NCBI GenBank assembly: GCA_965662175.1
Contig: CBFIGT010000051.1
Location: forward strand, 1 to 15,856
Direction: 5' to 3'
DNA from: Arcobacter sp.
GTDB taxonomy: Bacteria; Campylobacterota; Campylobacteria; Campylobacterales; Arcobacteraceae
DNA: 15,856 bases
This document shows, piece after piece, positions 14,752 through 15,856 of this stretch. The position numbers and the translations under genes are program-made. The stretch's first letter is position 1, and every line of letters begins with the position of its first letter. The notes beneath the pieces are model-generated. The model was given only the letters and a program-made list of their open reading frames with translations. It did not search any database and was not told the origin of the DNA.

Positions 14752-15856
14752 ATGAATGTTGAAGCAAGAAGTTTAGTTATTGAAAATGTATTTAAAAAAG
14801 GTCAATTTGAAATACCAGACTATCAAAGAGAATATGATTGGACAGATGATAACTTAGATGAATTTTTAAATGATCTATCAGATAATGAAGATGATAATTA
14901 TTTTATTGGTCATATGGTTTGTGAAGGTGATTTTAACGGTTCTAAGTTTAAAGTTATAGATGGACAGCAAAGGATAACTACCATAACTATTATGTTATCA
15001 GTTATTAGGGATATTTTTTCTGAATTAGAATTTGAAAATCTTGCTAATGGAATTCATGAAAATTATATTTTCTCAAAAGACAAAGATTATAATGAATATG
15101 TAATTTTAAAAAACAATATGCCGTATCCTGTATTGCAATCTTATGTTCAAAGTAAAATTGATAAAAAAGACAAAGAAGTTAAACCCGTAAAATCTGGTGA
15201 AAAAAAGATTATTAAAGCATATGATAAATTCTATAAATTATGGAAAACATTAAATGAAAACTCATTAAAAGCTTTAAGAGATAAAATATTAAATTTAGAG
15301 ATAATTTTTGTAGCTGTAGATGATGAAGTTGATGCATTTACAATTTTTGAAACATTAAATGGTAAAGGGAAAGATTTAACACCACTTGATTTAATTAAGA
15401 ATCAAATATTTAAGAATTATGATAAGTCTTCACATTTAGATGAACCTAGTGATAGTTGGAAAAAAATTATTCAGAATACACAAGATAAAAATATGAAATT
15501 CTTAAATTATTTTTGGGCTTCAAGATATAAAAAAATATCTGATAGAAAGATTTATAAAGAATTTATTAAAGAATCAAAGAAAAATGATTTTAATTATAAT
15601 TATTTTGTAAAAGAATTATTAATCAATTCAATTATTTTCAAAAAAATATTGGCTCCAAATATTGAAGATTGGAAAAATGAAGGAGAATTCAAAGCGTATT
15701 TCTCACTAAATGCAATAAGCATATTTAATGTTCAAGTTGCTAATAGTTTACTAATATCATTAGTTAGAGAATATGATAATAGGCAAATAAGTTTAAAATA
15801 TTTAATAAAAGCAATGAGCAACATAGAAAAATTTCATTTTGTTAACAATGCTGTAG
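14752..15856 (+). CDS. DUF262-domain protein (GmrSD/SspE-type), 3'-truncated by the window end; absent from the ORF track
   Basis: AGGA RBS and ATG at 14752; 368 codons with no stop before the window end; IPDYQREYDW (from 14812), YFIG, VIDGQQRITT (DGQQR 14959-14973) and IFETLNGKGKDLTPLDLIKN (FETLN from 15346). Confidence 0.92.
   Translation, partial: MNVEARSLVIENVFKKGQFEIPDYQREYDWTDDNLDEFLNDLSDNEDDNYFIGHMVCEGDFNGSKFKVIDGQQRITTITIMLSVIRDIFSELEFENLANGIHENYIFSKDKDYNEYVILKNNMPYPVLQSYVQSKIDKKDKEVKPVKSGEKKIIKAYDKFYKLWKTLNENSLKALRDKILNLEIIFVAVDDEVDAFTIFETLNGKGKDLTPLDLIKNQIFKNYDKSSHLDEPSDSWKKIIQNTQDKNMKFLNYFWASRYKKISDRKIYKEFIKESKKNDFNYNYFVKELLINSIIFKKILAPNIEDWKNEGEFKAYFSLNAISIFNVQVANSLLISLVREYDNRQISLKYLIKAMSNIEKFHFVNNAV

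Noticed and set aside
15854..15856. Terminal TAG as the stop of the DUF262 gene
   Set aside because: It is out of frame (the frame reads GTT AAC AAT GCT GTA G); the gene continues past the window.

Overview
Strongly AT-rich bacterial DNA; gene content and order point to Campylobacterota, most likely Arcobacteraceae (inference). Bases 1-7884 form a tightly packed + strand block: leuS (5'-truncated), lptE, folC, an M23 peptidase, a bactofilin, an SF2 helicase with an apparently inactivated AEP-primase-like N-terminus, and a Kef-like CPA2 antiporter. This block converges on an OlsF-like double acyltransferase, which has a Pho-box-like promoter and lies divergent from a DUF445 gene. From about 10442 the region looks accessory. 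It holds decayed gene fragments (remnant of a zeta-toxin-like/COG4185 ATPase plus small partner), an orphan Cache-PAS histidine kinase, and a probable defence operon: Dam-family m6A methyltransferase, small PD-(D/E)XK nuclease and a DUF262 (GmrSD-type) gene that runs off the window and is missing from the ORF track. No RNA genes, CRISPR arrays or transposases were seen. All family assignments come from motif recognition by eye; no searches were run.
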